A DNA stretch of 64,000 nt, from NCBI RefSeq assembly GCF_009914755.1, contig NC_060938.1; one strand, written 5' to 3'. The position numbers were made by a program, and so were the translations under genes. This stretch comes from the human T2T-CHM13v2.0 reference genome, Homo sapiens. The notes beneath the pieces were generated by a model. That model saw only the letters and a list, made by a program, of their open reading frames with translations, made no database searches and was not told where the DNA came from. Position 1 is the first letter of the stretch. Each line of letters starts with the position of its first letter. Of this stretch, positions 45,869 to 58,935 are shown piece after piece.

Positions 45869-48800
45869 CTATTTTTATTGCATTAGCTGCTAGTTTACCT
45901 GCTCCATCAACTTCTTGAGGAACATTTTTCACGTGGTTTATAACCCCTCTCTCTTACATGATTCCTGCTACCAAATGCTGTGATTTCAATATCCGCATCA
46001 ATCCAACCTCACTAACTCCATATTCCCTAATACCCTCTACTGAAAGGACAGTCACTTCCATTTCACTTCGGCAACACTCTCACAAAAGTATTATCTAGAC
46101 CTTAGGATCACACAAAGACATCCTAGCTCTGAAATTATAAACCCAGATTGTTCTCCCTTTTACCTTGGCCTCCCATCTCCTGTTCTTTCTCTGTCTTGCC
46201 TGGTGCACCTACTCATCAGCCTGACTGAAACCTTAGTGCTGTTTCACAAGCCTCTCTCCTCCAAGTAAATGGCATGTCCTATGTTTCACAATACTTGTCT
46301 CAAATATGTAGAATTCTCTTCAGACCTCTAACCCAACTGTTGCTCACATTCTCACCAAAATAACTTTCTATTTTAGTGTCTCAAAATGGACAACACATAC
46401 GAACTCTTTCAACTTCCTAGCCACTGCCAGCCTACTTTATCTGTTTTTCTATTTCCTTCTTGTCTACCTTTGTATTACAAAGACAGTTTTTCCTAAAGTT
46501 ATCTGAGTTTTTATTCCAGTCCCTCCAGATTCTCAATTCCATCAAATATCCTCTCTGCTTTACATCATTTATCTTTCTTCCCACTCATCATCTGTAAAAT
46601 GGGACTTGTACCTATTTAATGTATTAGGTGAAATCCTATATGTAAAGCACTTGACACATGTACAGTACATATTAAATGCTATGAGATGTTATTTTATTAT
46701 TGTTAGTAGAGTACCAGTAGTATTAATAGTGATATAATTTTAATATACATGAAGTCTTTTACACCTAAATATAAACAAATTAAATATGACATATCCCACT
46801 GCCTCTTCCTTTCACTCTTACTCTTTTTCTTCTTAGCATCCTTTATTGAGTTCTTACCATGTCATTCATCATTTTAAACCTTTCTATAGTTGTAAAACTT
46901 AAAATCCTTATAATGGGCTTAACACTTTTGGGGGCAAATAGCAAGTACTTGATTAATGTTAGTAAAAGTAGTTGTGATGATTAGATAATAAAAACAACTG
47001 TATAGATATCATCATGGGCCTTTGATAAAGAGCCAGGGAAATTGTCCAAGGCTATAAACCTAGTAAAAGGTGGAGATGCATGCTTGCAATTAGATTAACT
47101 CATTAACACATTTGCTTAACAATACCTACCCTTGGAAGCTTTCCATTAACTTCCTGATTTTTTTTTAAAAAGGGCCCTTTATCAGGCACCAACCCATGTG
47201 AAGGTCACAATGGCTGTCAAAGACAACAATCCTTCTTGGAGCTTTTGTCTCCTATAACCTAGCATGCCATTTGTCGATAGGAATTAAGAGCTGACCTTCC
47301 TGAGCTCTGACTTTGTGTCAGCCATTGAACCAATAACTATACAGGCCCTGACTAATTTTATCCTTACAGCAATCCTATAAGGGAGGAATTGTTATTATTG
47401 TCTCCATTTTACAAATGAGCAGCATTTAGGTGCATGAGGTTCAGACAGTGAAAATATCTGAATTATAAAAATTTATACAAGTGACAGTGTAAATCCAGGA
47501 TGAGAAGCCAGCAGCTTGGCTCATGTTTGTACTCACAATGGTGCTCTAATGACCTTAATGCCCAAGTTAGTAGCACATAATACTGAATACATACTTGTGG
47601 GACAAATGTTAATGCTATAGAACTTATATAACACATAGCTAAATGCAATGTTAAGGAAGATCTTTGAAATACTGGAAAATAACTTTTCTCTCCAGTTTGG
47701 TGTTTTAAATACCTAAAAAGAGTTTCCAATTCTCATGTTCAATTTGAAGCTAAAGGATTTGTGTTTATGGTCTTAACATATACCTAGACATTAAAAAAGG
47801 AGAAGAAGAGTAAAAGCAATTACAGATCCTATCACGAACACCACCTGGGCACTCTGCAGTAACAGGAATCCAGGTATTTCTTATTTGGCTATAACAAGGT
47901 AGAAGCATTTCATTAATCTAATATTTGGCACTAGTTTCCCCAAAGAGATCACTCTTTAAAAATACATTTATAGGTGTTCAGGGTGAAGGTAAAGCTGGGA
48001 GTTCAGGAGGGAGGGCCTATCGGGGCTTAGAGAAGGGGGATGCTATTTGTCATGACATGGGAGTTGATGACAGATGGGGAAAGAGATTTGTTTTGTGGTC
48101 CTGAAAGGAAGAAGGAAAGAGAAGCATGCAGGGATGAATGGTGCCAGGAAGACAGAGAATGTTTGAATACACTGAGGGAACACAAGAAACTAGGATCAAT
48201 GATTCCATCAGGTCCAGGTAGAGCTTTAGGTATTGCTAGGAGCCTCAATCATATCTGGACAATTTTCAGTTAAGTCTTCTGGGCTCATGGAGGCTTGGTG
48301 GTAGTGGAGTTTTGGTGTGAAAACAAATGGCACCATGCTTTATGATTGGCCCAAGCAAGATTGCACAGTGACAGAGAAAGAGAAGTAGAAGCTCAGGAGG
48401 CAGAAGGCTTTGTGAACCAGGGTAATTTTCAGAAACCCTAGGGGAAGACTTTTGACAGAGTGTTAAAATGACACACCTAGTTTTGATTCAAGAGATCTGG
48501 GCTTAGACCAAGAGTCTTCAAATGTTTTAAATCACAAGAGATTAGGATATATAACCAGAGTTAAAACCCGCAATATGGTTTCAGAGCTATGAGAAGGAAA
48601 CTTATCTAAAAATACTTCCTGAGGATACACTCTAATTGCAACAGAGCAGATAAATGTCTTTGGGGTCTTTAGGCAAGGTAAAAGAGGTGGTGAGATCTGA
48701 CAGGTGTCAATAAGAAAAATTTGAGTTGGCACATAATAATATTTAGAAAAGTACAAAGATGAAAAATTCAAACAGAATTAGAAATGAGCATATACACAGT

Positions 48801-49789
48801 GAACATTTTGAAAGGACTATACAATCTTAATTGAAAGGCTTGCTAATTAATTTTTTATGCATACTAAGACTGGAGTCATTCCACTTTGTTTTATCCAGCA
48901 GTTACAGTCAATATTACCAATATTACCATTCTTGTCTTAGAACAACACTACATGTTTAACTTACAAGAGAAGATATATGGTAGACAAAGCTGAATGGAAA
49001 TGGACTTACCATGGAGAGAAAATTAAGCAGCAACAATTTAGTAAAATGATTTTATTATAAAGTTATGCAGAAAATGTGTTGATTTATGCATATATGTCTT
49101 TCAAGTAAAATAAAACACAAATTCAATGGGAAAGGAAATCCTGAAATAGAAGTGAAAAACTAAAATCTTCTCTGTCAAAAGGTTAATGCACTTACTGAAA
49201 AAGTATATAATAATCAGTTACTTCATTTTAGGTATACTTTGCATTCTCTTCTAAGCTAGAGTACAGAAACTATATTCATGGGTTTTTAAAAATACATTAT
49301 CTCATTCCTCTAATTCCCATCGGTTGCAACACCTTCTTCATTCCTAGTATTATTCTGTTAACAGTGGAACTTCAAAAAGGTGTGCTCACTGAATGAATTA
49401 GCTTGTTGACAATAGTTTACAACAGTTCAGACTCATAGTGAACTTGTTATTCACTATGTTATTAATAAAACATGTTATTTGCTAAATGACATGCTAAAAA
49501 GGAAAATGTGCTAGTTTTCTATTTCTAATGTTGAGTTCTTCTACTACCAACATTATATATTCTAAAACAATTTTACTATGTACCAATTGTGGGTACACAG
49601 TTACAAGACTTAATTTCTAATTCCTATTTTTGCCAACAACATGCTATGAAGATTTGAACAATCTACTTAAATTGGAGTGGCCTAAGTCACAAATGTAGAC
49701 AAGAGGGCTTCTATTGATTGCTTTCTCTCTCTCAGCCCCTTCATCATTCACACATATACTAGCAAATTTTTTCAAATGACAAATGATAT

Positions 49790-49907
49790 ATACAGATACA
49801 TAACATACATATATAGTTCGTTTCTGTCTGTACGTGTATATGTGTGTTTGTGTGTATATATGTGTGCATATGTGTATATATATGTGCATATGTATGCATA
49901 TATATGT
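49790..49907. repeat. (TA/TG)-rich low-complexity tract
   Basis: Alternating purine-pyrimidine tatatgtgtgcata units. Confidence 0.8.
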
Positions 49908-51042
49908 AGCCCCATTCTCCCTGTCAGAAAAATATCTCCCTCTCACCTAGACTTGCTAAGTCAACTCTTTCTTGACAACTTCAACACTTCCTTTGATCAT
50001 GATGGTCTTTAGCGACTATTTATTCCCCTCAGCTTCTGTAACATCTCTTCCTTGTGCTTATGATCTTATGTCTATTCTTACTTCTCAAAGAGTCTATAAT
50101 TTATTATTGGGTAGATAATATGCTTTATACATTTTAATATCTCCAAGCCTAATGGGTATTCAGAAAATGTTTATTGGTACATTATTAAAATTATTCAGAA
50201 CTGTTCTTAGAAAAAGAAAGTAAATATATGTTTATTAGAGGTCTATTTTTCCTTCTATACTACAAAAAACACTCAAAAATCTTCATTCTAGATGATTTCT
50301 GCTTAATGTGAAATATCCTTTCAATAGAAAAAAAGTTCATAAATAATCTAAAACTTTTGCAGATGATTAAGGATGTTTCATCCAATTTTTTCATTTAGAA
50401 AGGAAAAAACAAGCTTAGATGTAGAAAAGTAAGTCTCTTTGTTAAATTCACAATTTTGCAAGTCTGAGAGCTAACACAAGGAGAAATGGAACCGTGATCT
50501 TCTAATCTTAGCTTAGCATTTCAGCTACTACAACAATTATCTTAACTCTGCTATGCTGGATTCTACTCTCCCTGATGATATAACCATGCTGTCTCTGTTT
50601 ACCACTGTGTTCCCAGCACTGAGTCACACAAAATCTGCGACACAGAAGTCATTTGATAATGGTTTGTTGAATGAATACTGAATGCTTCACTATATACTGT
50701 ACCATATGAAGTAGAATTTTACTCCCACAAAGGGCACTATTCAAAAACATTGTTTTGCAGATCTCAGTCTCACATTGAAAATACTGCTGTTCATAGAAAA
50801 AAGAAAGAAGATAGCTAATTTGTAACACTGGGTTTTCCAACCAAAACATACTGACCCCTCAGAGAACTGCCATTAAGATTATTAGTTACTTGCTCTCTTT
50901 TTCATAATATACATATGGACAAATGCCATCATGTCTTTGCCTGAATGCTTGCTTTGAGGAAATTTATAAGAACACAATGTTTAAGCAGTAAGTTATCATT
51001 GAGAATGAGTTATCACAGACTTTAATTTAAAACATATAGAGA

Positions 51043-51329
51043 GGCCAGGCCTGGTGGCTCATGCCTGTGATCCCAGCACTTTGGGAGGCTGAGGCAGCAG
51101 AATCTCTTGAGTCCAGGAGTTTGAGATTAGCCTGGTTAACAGAGTGAGACCTCGTCTGTACAGAAAGAAAAAAAAATAGCCTGGCATGTTGGCACCTGCC
51201 TGTAGTCCCAGCTACTCAAGAGGCTGGGGTGGGAAGATTGCTTGAGCCCAGGAGTTAAAGGTTGCAGTAAGTTAGGATCACTCCACTGCACTCTGGCTCT
51301 GTCTCAAATATAAAAATAAAATAAAATAA
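51043..51329 (+). mobile_element. AluJ-like, first of a tandem pair, small deletion near 3' end
   Basis: ggccaggcctggtggctcatgcc...cactgcactctggctctgtctc plus tail. Confidence 0.9.
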
Positions 51330-51341
51330 GTATATAGGTAG

Positions 51342-51630
51342 GGCTGGGTGCGGTGGCTCACACCTGTAATCCCAGCACATTAGGACGTGGAAGCTGGAGG
51401 ATTGCTTGAGGCCAGGAGTTCAAGACCAAACTGGGCAACATGCAAGACTCAGTCTCTACAAAAAGCTAGTAAATTAGCCAGCCATGGCAGTGTGCACCTG
51501 GAGTCCTAGCTACTCAGGAGGCTGAGGTGAGAGGATCACTTGAGCCCAGAAGTTCGAGGATGCAGTGAGAGCTATTATTGCACCACTGTACTCCAGCCTG
51601 GGCAACAGAGTGAGACCTTGTCCTAAAAAA
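51342..51630 (+). mobile_element. AluJ-like, second of the tandem pair
   Basis: ggctgggtgcggtggctcacacc...gagtgagaccttgtcctaaaaaa. Confidence 0.9.
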
Positions 51631-52539
51631 TGGAGAGATGATAGATAGATGACTGACAGACCATTTCTTAGAAGTCAGAGATCATGAAAGTCCACAAGTC
51701 TAAAGAAGGATGAAGATAAAAATTCAAATGCACATTTTAAAAGAGATAACATCACTTTGATTTTGTCTCCAGTGCCCTTGAGTAATTAAGCAACACGTGT
51801 TTCTCATACCCTAAGTTCGTCACTGAGTTGTTCATTTGGACATAGTTACAGTAAATAATGACATAAGGTGACCTCTACTCTGTAGGAGTTTACAAGACCT
51901 TTGGGAGAACAAAATGTATAGCTATGAATATGGGGGTCAAGAAGCATGATAGAGGATGGGGAGCAGGGAGGTGAGGTCGAAGGATGTTGCTTTAGGAGGA
52001 TGAGGAATTTAATTTCAACAGAATAGGAGAAAAAATAAGCAGAGGGGCTTGGATTTGTAGTAATCAAAAACATAGAAAGAATGTAAATTTTTAGCGGCAA
52101 GTACTGTGATAAGCATTGAATTTAAGGAAGATTGATCTGGCAATAATCTGCAGAATATATTTAAGGAGAGAACTATTATTGAGGGAGAGGTCTGCTGGGA
52201 GGCCTTTTGCAGGAACCAGGTGTGAAGTGATGAGAGACTGGAATAAGATAGTGGAAGTGGGATTAAAAAATGGAATTTGTTCCCCTTTCTCTATTTTAGC
52301 TCATTCTGAAAACTGGAAAATATTTCTAAAAGCTTTTTTTCACATATTCCCTTCTACATTTAGAATACAGCGCTTAGGGAGGGACACCTGAAAACGTTTG
52401 AAACAAACCCTTTCATTTACTTCATTCACAGCCATCTGGATGTCTTGATTGCATATCTGCCTCAGCATTACCTCATGAAACAGGGATTTTTATATTCTAA
52501 GCCTGGTGACAAACTCAAGAGATCATGAATAAAAACACT

Positions 52540-52558
52540 GCAGTGCCCTCTAGCAGGG
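52540..52558 (-). promoter_or_regulatory. Candidate CTCF binding site
   Basis: Minus strand CCCTGCTAGAGGGCACTGC; core CTGCTAGAGGGCAC matches CCRSYAGRKGGCRS at 13 of 14 positions. Confidence 0.5.
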
Positions 52559-55468
52559 TGCAGAAATTTTCACTTCACTTTCAGTTTAAGAGATTGAAAG
52601 TAGGCTGCTTTTCAGATACTTCAGTATTTCATGGATCAATCACACCAGTATGTTTCAGAAGCTAAGACGTATTAAATTTTTCCCTCTATCAAGAGAGAAC
52701 AGCTAAGTTTTTGAAAATATCAAGTATTGAAGCAAGGTCAGATGTACTCTCTGACACCCTTCTCAAGAATCATTTCCTTCAATTGTCAAAGGGAAAAAAT
52801 AAAATAAACTCTTGTCTTAAAGTTGGAGGTAGAAATCATTTTAATTTTAAAGAGCTTCTTATTTTGTATGAATCTCATGGCTTTTTTACTCTCTCTGAGA
52901 ATCCGTCCACCTTATCCTATAATGCCAGTCAACAATGGATATTTAAAGTACTTGACCTTACTCACGGTATAGACCAAACAGCAAAAGCAAAGGTAGCCAG
53001 GTTTCCTTGAAACTGTTATAAATTTAAATTTGATAGTATAATGTATTCTGAATACATTCAGAGAAAGTATGGCCTCAAGTGCTAAATAATTAAGTAAGCA
53101 ATAATTTACCTTTCAAACTTTTACTTTACCTTCTGTGTGACTCAGAATTTGCTGGACTTTAAAATACGTGGGAAAAAAACACATTAAACATCCTCCCTTT
53201 TTTATATTCAAACCATTTTATTAGCTCACTTTACTTGTACAAATTATATTCCTTCTCTAAACTCTTTTTTTTTTTTTTATGAAATGTCTGTGCAATACAG
53301 AGTTGACGGTAGCAGACTTTGCCCTCAGGGAGAAAGCTAGATTCAGAGGGCTCCATGAACCGCCTGGAAATCAGAACCCTGGATGCCAATGTCCATTCTC
53401 TGGCTGACTCAGCAGGAGCATCTGCCTGCCACATAACCTTTGGCTAGGGAATCCCACCTAGACAATGGACTGTGTTCTTAAGGGCCTTTTATTCAGTTTA
53501 ACCATAGATTTACTTCTTTTAAATGACCAAATTTATAAATAATTTTTAGATGAAAGAGAATCTTTATGAAATTTAGATGTGAACATTTTAAAAGATCTCT
53601 TGGTAACAATAAGAGCAAAAGTATAAACACAGGCACACATTCGAATAGCCTTCTATCTTTATGAAAAACACTACAAGCTTTCATTACAAATGTATTCCTG
53701 AGAATACGTTTGCTCAGGAATGGATAGTTTTTATAAGAGTAACAACCTAGAAATTAAATGCACACTGATGTAATGATTATATCCTTTTTTTTTAAATTCC
53801 TTAACATATTTAGTGAGAGGGCTAATGAATGTCATGCATCACTTTTCCCTTAGTACTTTTGATATGTAAACAAATTTTTTAGATTTACTCATCTAATTTT
53901 TAACCAAAATACTTTTAGGTCTATTTTTCATGTCTCCAATTATAAGGTTCTACAGGGCAAAAGCCTTGTATTTTTGTTTTATCTCTCACCAGTAGTTCGA
54001 GTAGAGTGGTTTTCATATTGTAGGTCATCAGTTAACATTGCAAACTGACAGACTAATTGAAGTGGCCTTCCCAGCCCTCCAGCTCAGAAGGCTTATAGAA
54101 TGCCTGAGATTTTCAGAATCAGGTTGAATGAGGGACCTAAAGGCAGTAGGAACAGGTGCAGAGCAACTGAGGGAAAGCTGACAGTTGCCATTCTGATGAT
54201 GTATTTGTGAGATTCTGGAAGACTCCAGTAGGTGCTCTGTGAATGCATCTTAAGAGGGTGCATTTGACCAGTACTGAATGGATAATAATTGAGATAGGAC
54301 TAAACTGATTTAAAAGTAATTCTTCTCTAATGTCTTCTGAACACGAATCAGTAAACAGGTATGTAATAGGATTTTTGACAAAGCTCTTTTATTAGGAACT
54401 CTAATACTATTTGGAAATTAGATTGGTTGTATGTCCCACTTGTAAATAACACTGATAAGCAAGTACTCTTCATCGGTATAATTCAGAAAATTGCAAAATC
54501 CTGTCTCAAATTTTATTAATAGGGCAATTTGCATGACAGCAACTCATTTTAATAAGCATTGTAATTGCCACATCAAACATTATTAAGACCTTCCAAACCC
54601 AAGGCTGATGTTTTGGGAGGATGGGTGGTGGGTGAGAAAATTTTGCTTAATAGGATTTACATAAAGGATTGTTTTCTTTCCAGGGTTTGTCACGTTTCCA
54701 GAATTCCCATTAGTCATTCTAGCCCTTTTCCTAAACTTTTCTGTCTAAAAATCAAGTTGATGGTTCCAATAAAAATAAACTCATTGTCAATAATATTTTG
54801 CTGTTTGGTTTATAATTCTTTCTAACACAGGTAAATTGTACTTGTAAAATAAACTGATAATATGTTATACTAATCTCCCAGTTGAAAATGTAATAAATCT
54901 ATCAGACAAGGACCAAAAATATCACTGCTTGTTCTGAACATAATGAAATGCAGCAATCTACCTAAGTGACATGAAAGTAGGGGATAAGCTTCAGAAATAA
55001 GAATGCTTACAACATGTTTAATGGATATTGGAAAAGATTTGTCTCATGTGTGAACAGTGTCTGTACACATAAAAACTTATTAAGCTAATGCCTCTCAGTC
55101 TAATTTCTTTTTGAATTAAAAACAAGTTTTAATCAAATCCTAACCTTTAAAGTCATATGGCCTCTATTACCCTATGAACCACACAGTCATGGCTAAGAAT
55201 AAGTGAAAAAATTAGATGAACACACTCTTAGAAAATTGTTTAAATGTCCTCAAGAATCTTAAGGTAACAAATATATTTGGGAATAAGCACATCAAAATTC
55301 TATGAAACCGTTTTTTTTCCTACCTAGGATATACTCTTTCTTCCTCCAAAGATAGATTTTAGGGTTCTCAATAAGTGGCCATTGCTTCTTAGGACAAATG
55401 AAACAGTATCGGTATTAGAATGCTGACCCTCATCAGTAGTTCTGCAGTTATAAAATTACAATTGCAGG

Positions 55469-55741
55469 GGCTGGGCACAAGTGGCTCACGCCTGTAATCC
55501 CAACACTTTGGGAGGCTGAGGCTAGAGGACTGCTTGAGGCCAGGCATTTGAGACCAGCTTGAGCAACAAAGCAAGACCCCACTATGCATGCCTGTAGTCC
55601 TAGCTATTCAGGAGCCTGAGGGGGAGGATCCCTTGAGCCCAGGAGTCCAAGGTTACAGTGAGCTATGATTGTACTGCTGCACTGGAGCCTAGGTAACACA
55701 GCAAACCCTGTCTCTAAAAAAAATAAAACATAAAAAAAGAA
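55469..55741 (+). mobile_element. AluJ-like lacking the central A-rich linker
   Basis: ...gcaagaccccactatgcatgcctgtagtcc... joins the left arm directly to the right arm. Confidence 0.88.
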
Positions 55742-55996
55742 AGTTACAATTTATTTATTTTGCATCTTACATAAATGGCAGATCATCATTCATATGGTAA
55801 AAACATTGGCAGTAAAAGTTCAACATAATTATGACATAATTAACAGTCTATCTTTCAATTTAAGCTCTCATTTCTCCCCCAAACCCACCATCGTAACCAC
55901 TAGTCCCTAAACTCTGTGGGATTATTCTCCCTTATTTCGTGCCTTTAATCAAATTTCTCACCCATTAAAAGATACCTTTGGCCTTCCCTACTACTC

Positions 55997-56460
55997 TGTT
56001 AAGAATGGTGAGGGGTCTGATATTTTCCCTACTTGCTAATATGTTAGTCTGCCACAGTTTCATGGATGCTAACCAAAAACACAAGACTCCTGGGTCTGAG
56101 AGAAAAGACCTCATTACTGAAGCCTCAAAAGTATGTGCTTCCTGTCTTCATAGGTTTTCCCGCCTTAATTTTCATAGGAACAATGTGTTGGGCAGCCCAG
56201 GTGAATGCCAGGCACACCATTGGTTTTTGACACAGCTAAGAGACCCTGAGCTCAGGAAGCTCCCCATCTTATAAAGGTCCTGCAAGAAAGCCTGATTAAT
56301 CTTTGCCCCTGAGGTAGATATTATCTTTACTATCCTGGTCAGGAAACAAATCTGCCCTCTTCCCTAAAGGCAGACACTATCTCTATTGTCCAAGGCTGTT
56401 TGTTACACAAACACTCTTGAAAAAAGGAGTTCCGAACCCAAGCTGCCAAAAAAAGTGTAG
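55997..56460. mobile_element. Probable old ERV-class LTR (family not assigned)
   Basis: Starts tgttaagaatggtgaggggtctga; resembles recalled LTR consensus segments (gttagtctgccacagtttcatggatgct, gactcctgggtc). Confidence 0.45.
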
Positions 56461-58506
56461 AACTGCCAGGGAGAATTCTTTCAAAACCCATCCTTAAAAT
56501 TGCAATGTAAATCCTACTTCTTTCATAAGAGGCCACAATAAACTTTTACTTCCAGCACTATATTTTCAGGGTCATTAGCATATCATTCACTGTTGTGTGG
56601 CATAATTTATGTTATTAACCTTATTACTTAACATTTGTAAACCATTTAAATGAATTAAATTGTCACTTTGTCTTCTTAAGTAGTTTAAACCCATTGAAGG
56701 TATAAATTATTTAATAAGTTCCTTTTTAGCCCACAAAATTCAGTGGAGCTATATTTTGAATAGACACTCAATGAATGACGTAAAAGTCAAAGTTATTTTT
56801 TAAAATATTTTATTCTAAACAACATGTAAGAAAATTGTAGTGGAAATTAACCTAAAGAGTTTTATTCTAAAAAGTTTAGAAGAAAAATTAGTTATCAGAA
56901 TGTAGTACCAACATTCCTTATGCTATTTGCCTATCTTTTATATAGGAGATAATATGTTTTTAGTCAACTTTATTTGGTGTCGAATATAAAGGAATGCCAA
57001 TTCTTATGAATAAATAAAGTGTGAGTATAAACCTAGTTTTAAGTTTCTGAATTAATAATGATCTGCTAAAATTTGGAATGAAATTGGTTTTGACTTCATG
57101 GAGCTTAGTAACAAGAACCTCCAAGGTAAAAATCTTCACATCTGTACTTTATTAATTTTTTAAAAATCAAACTATGCAAGTGCAGTTTTAAAAGCCAAAT
57201 AATGATACATCAAACAACCCTAGGTATTTCCAATACCCAGAGGCAACCTTTTCTAATGCATCTCCTCTTAACTATTTATAAATGCTTTTGCCTTCATATT
57301 TTTAAGTGTTCAACTTCTATTTATAGACTTATTTTTCATTTTCACATTGTCTTACTGATTTCTTCTTACAGAAAGGAAGCATTTAACTCTTATACTAACC
57401 TCCTCTCATCCACTATATATTTATAGCGTGCTTTTGGTTAAATCAAGTGTTGCTATTATGACTATGCAAGCGATCTTTACCGCGGAACCTTGTAGTGTAT
57501 TTGGATTACATTTCATTTCATATAGCTTTTTACATTCCCTTAATAACTCACGTATTTTGTATACTCAATTTTGTATCCACCTATCATTACCATATTATTA
57601 AGATTTCCATGAGAATTTGTCTCTAAAATATCAGGTAAGCATCCATTATTCCAGCTTCAATCTGTCCCGGTTGCTTCTGAAGCTCAATGTATGACAAGCT
57701 TCTATTGTCGTGCTGCCCTGTTTCCTTATCATTCTGAGATTAACTTCAATATCTTCCTATACATAGCCTCTTATTTTGGGGATGATATTTCTTCCTTTTT
57801 TGTTTACTTCTTAGTTTTGGAGGAAAATAGATAAAAGTAGTATCCTCAGCAAGGGTGCATTAGCCAAAAAAAACTGAAATCTTATAGGTCTAAAAATGTC
57901 TTTCTTCTTCTTTGATATTTGAAAAAATAGCCTGGCCATACAGAAGATTCTAGTTGAAATAATTTTCCTTCAGAATTTCAAAAGCTTTACTCAGTTGCCT
58001 TCTAGCCCCAGATTTCCATTGTGCGGACCTGTGCCATTTTGATTCCTAATTTTTTACATGTGAGCATTTTGGAAAAAATAAAAACTGTTTGGACATTTTA
58101 AAGAGCTTCGTTTTTTTCCTAATGTTTTGAAGTTGCATGCTGATATGTGCATTGAAGATTTATTTCATTGTGTTAAGGATCCAGTGGTAGCTTTATAATT
58201 AAGAACACATGTCCAACTATGATAGGAAATTCTTAATTTAAAAAAAACGTCATTTTGACTGTTTGGAACTCTTATTATTCAAATGTTTGATCTGCTAGAT
58301 AAATACTCTAATTTTCTTATCTTCTTATGTAGTATCTACTTGATTGTAAAATTTTGTTTTACTGTTTGTTTTCCAGCCCTTCTGCTGATTTTTATGTTAT
58401 CACTTTTAATATGTAAGAGCTATTTTATATTCTCTGAAAGTCCCTTGTTTGTGTTTTCCTGTTCTTGTTTCATGAATACAGTATTTTCCTTTTTTTTCTG
58501 AGAATA

Positions 58507-58935
58507 CTATTAGTCCATTTTCATACCACTATAACTGCCCAAGACTGGGTAATTCATGAAAGAAAGAGGTTTAATTGACTCACAGTTCAGCATGGTTGGG
58601 GCGACCTCAGTAAACTTACAATCACAGCGGAAGGCAAAGAGAAAGCAAGGCACCTTCTTCGCAAGTCGGCCGTGCTGAGCACAGAATGGAAAGAGTACCT
58701 TTTTGGCGAGTAGTAGCCAGCTTCTTCACAAGGAAAAGTACCGAGCGAAGAGGGGGGTAAAGAGTCCCTCATAAAACCATCAGATCTCGTAAAAACTCAC
58801 TATCACGAGAACTGCATGGAAGAGACCACCTGCATGATTCAATTACCTCCACCTGGTCTCTCCCTTGACACGTGGAGATTATGGTGATTATAATTCGAGA
58901 TGAGATTTGTGTGGGCATGGGGGAAACTATGTTCA
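58507..58935 (-). mobile_element. THE1D/MSTA-like MaLR LTR with an internal insertion
   Basis: tattagtccattttc...gaggtttaattgactcacagttc...gatgagatttgtgtggg. Confidence 0.85.
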
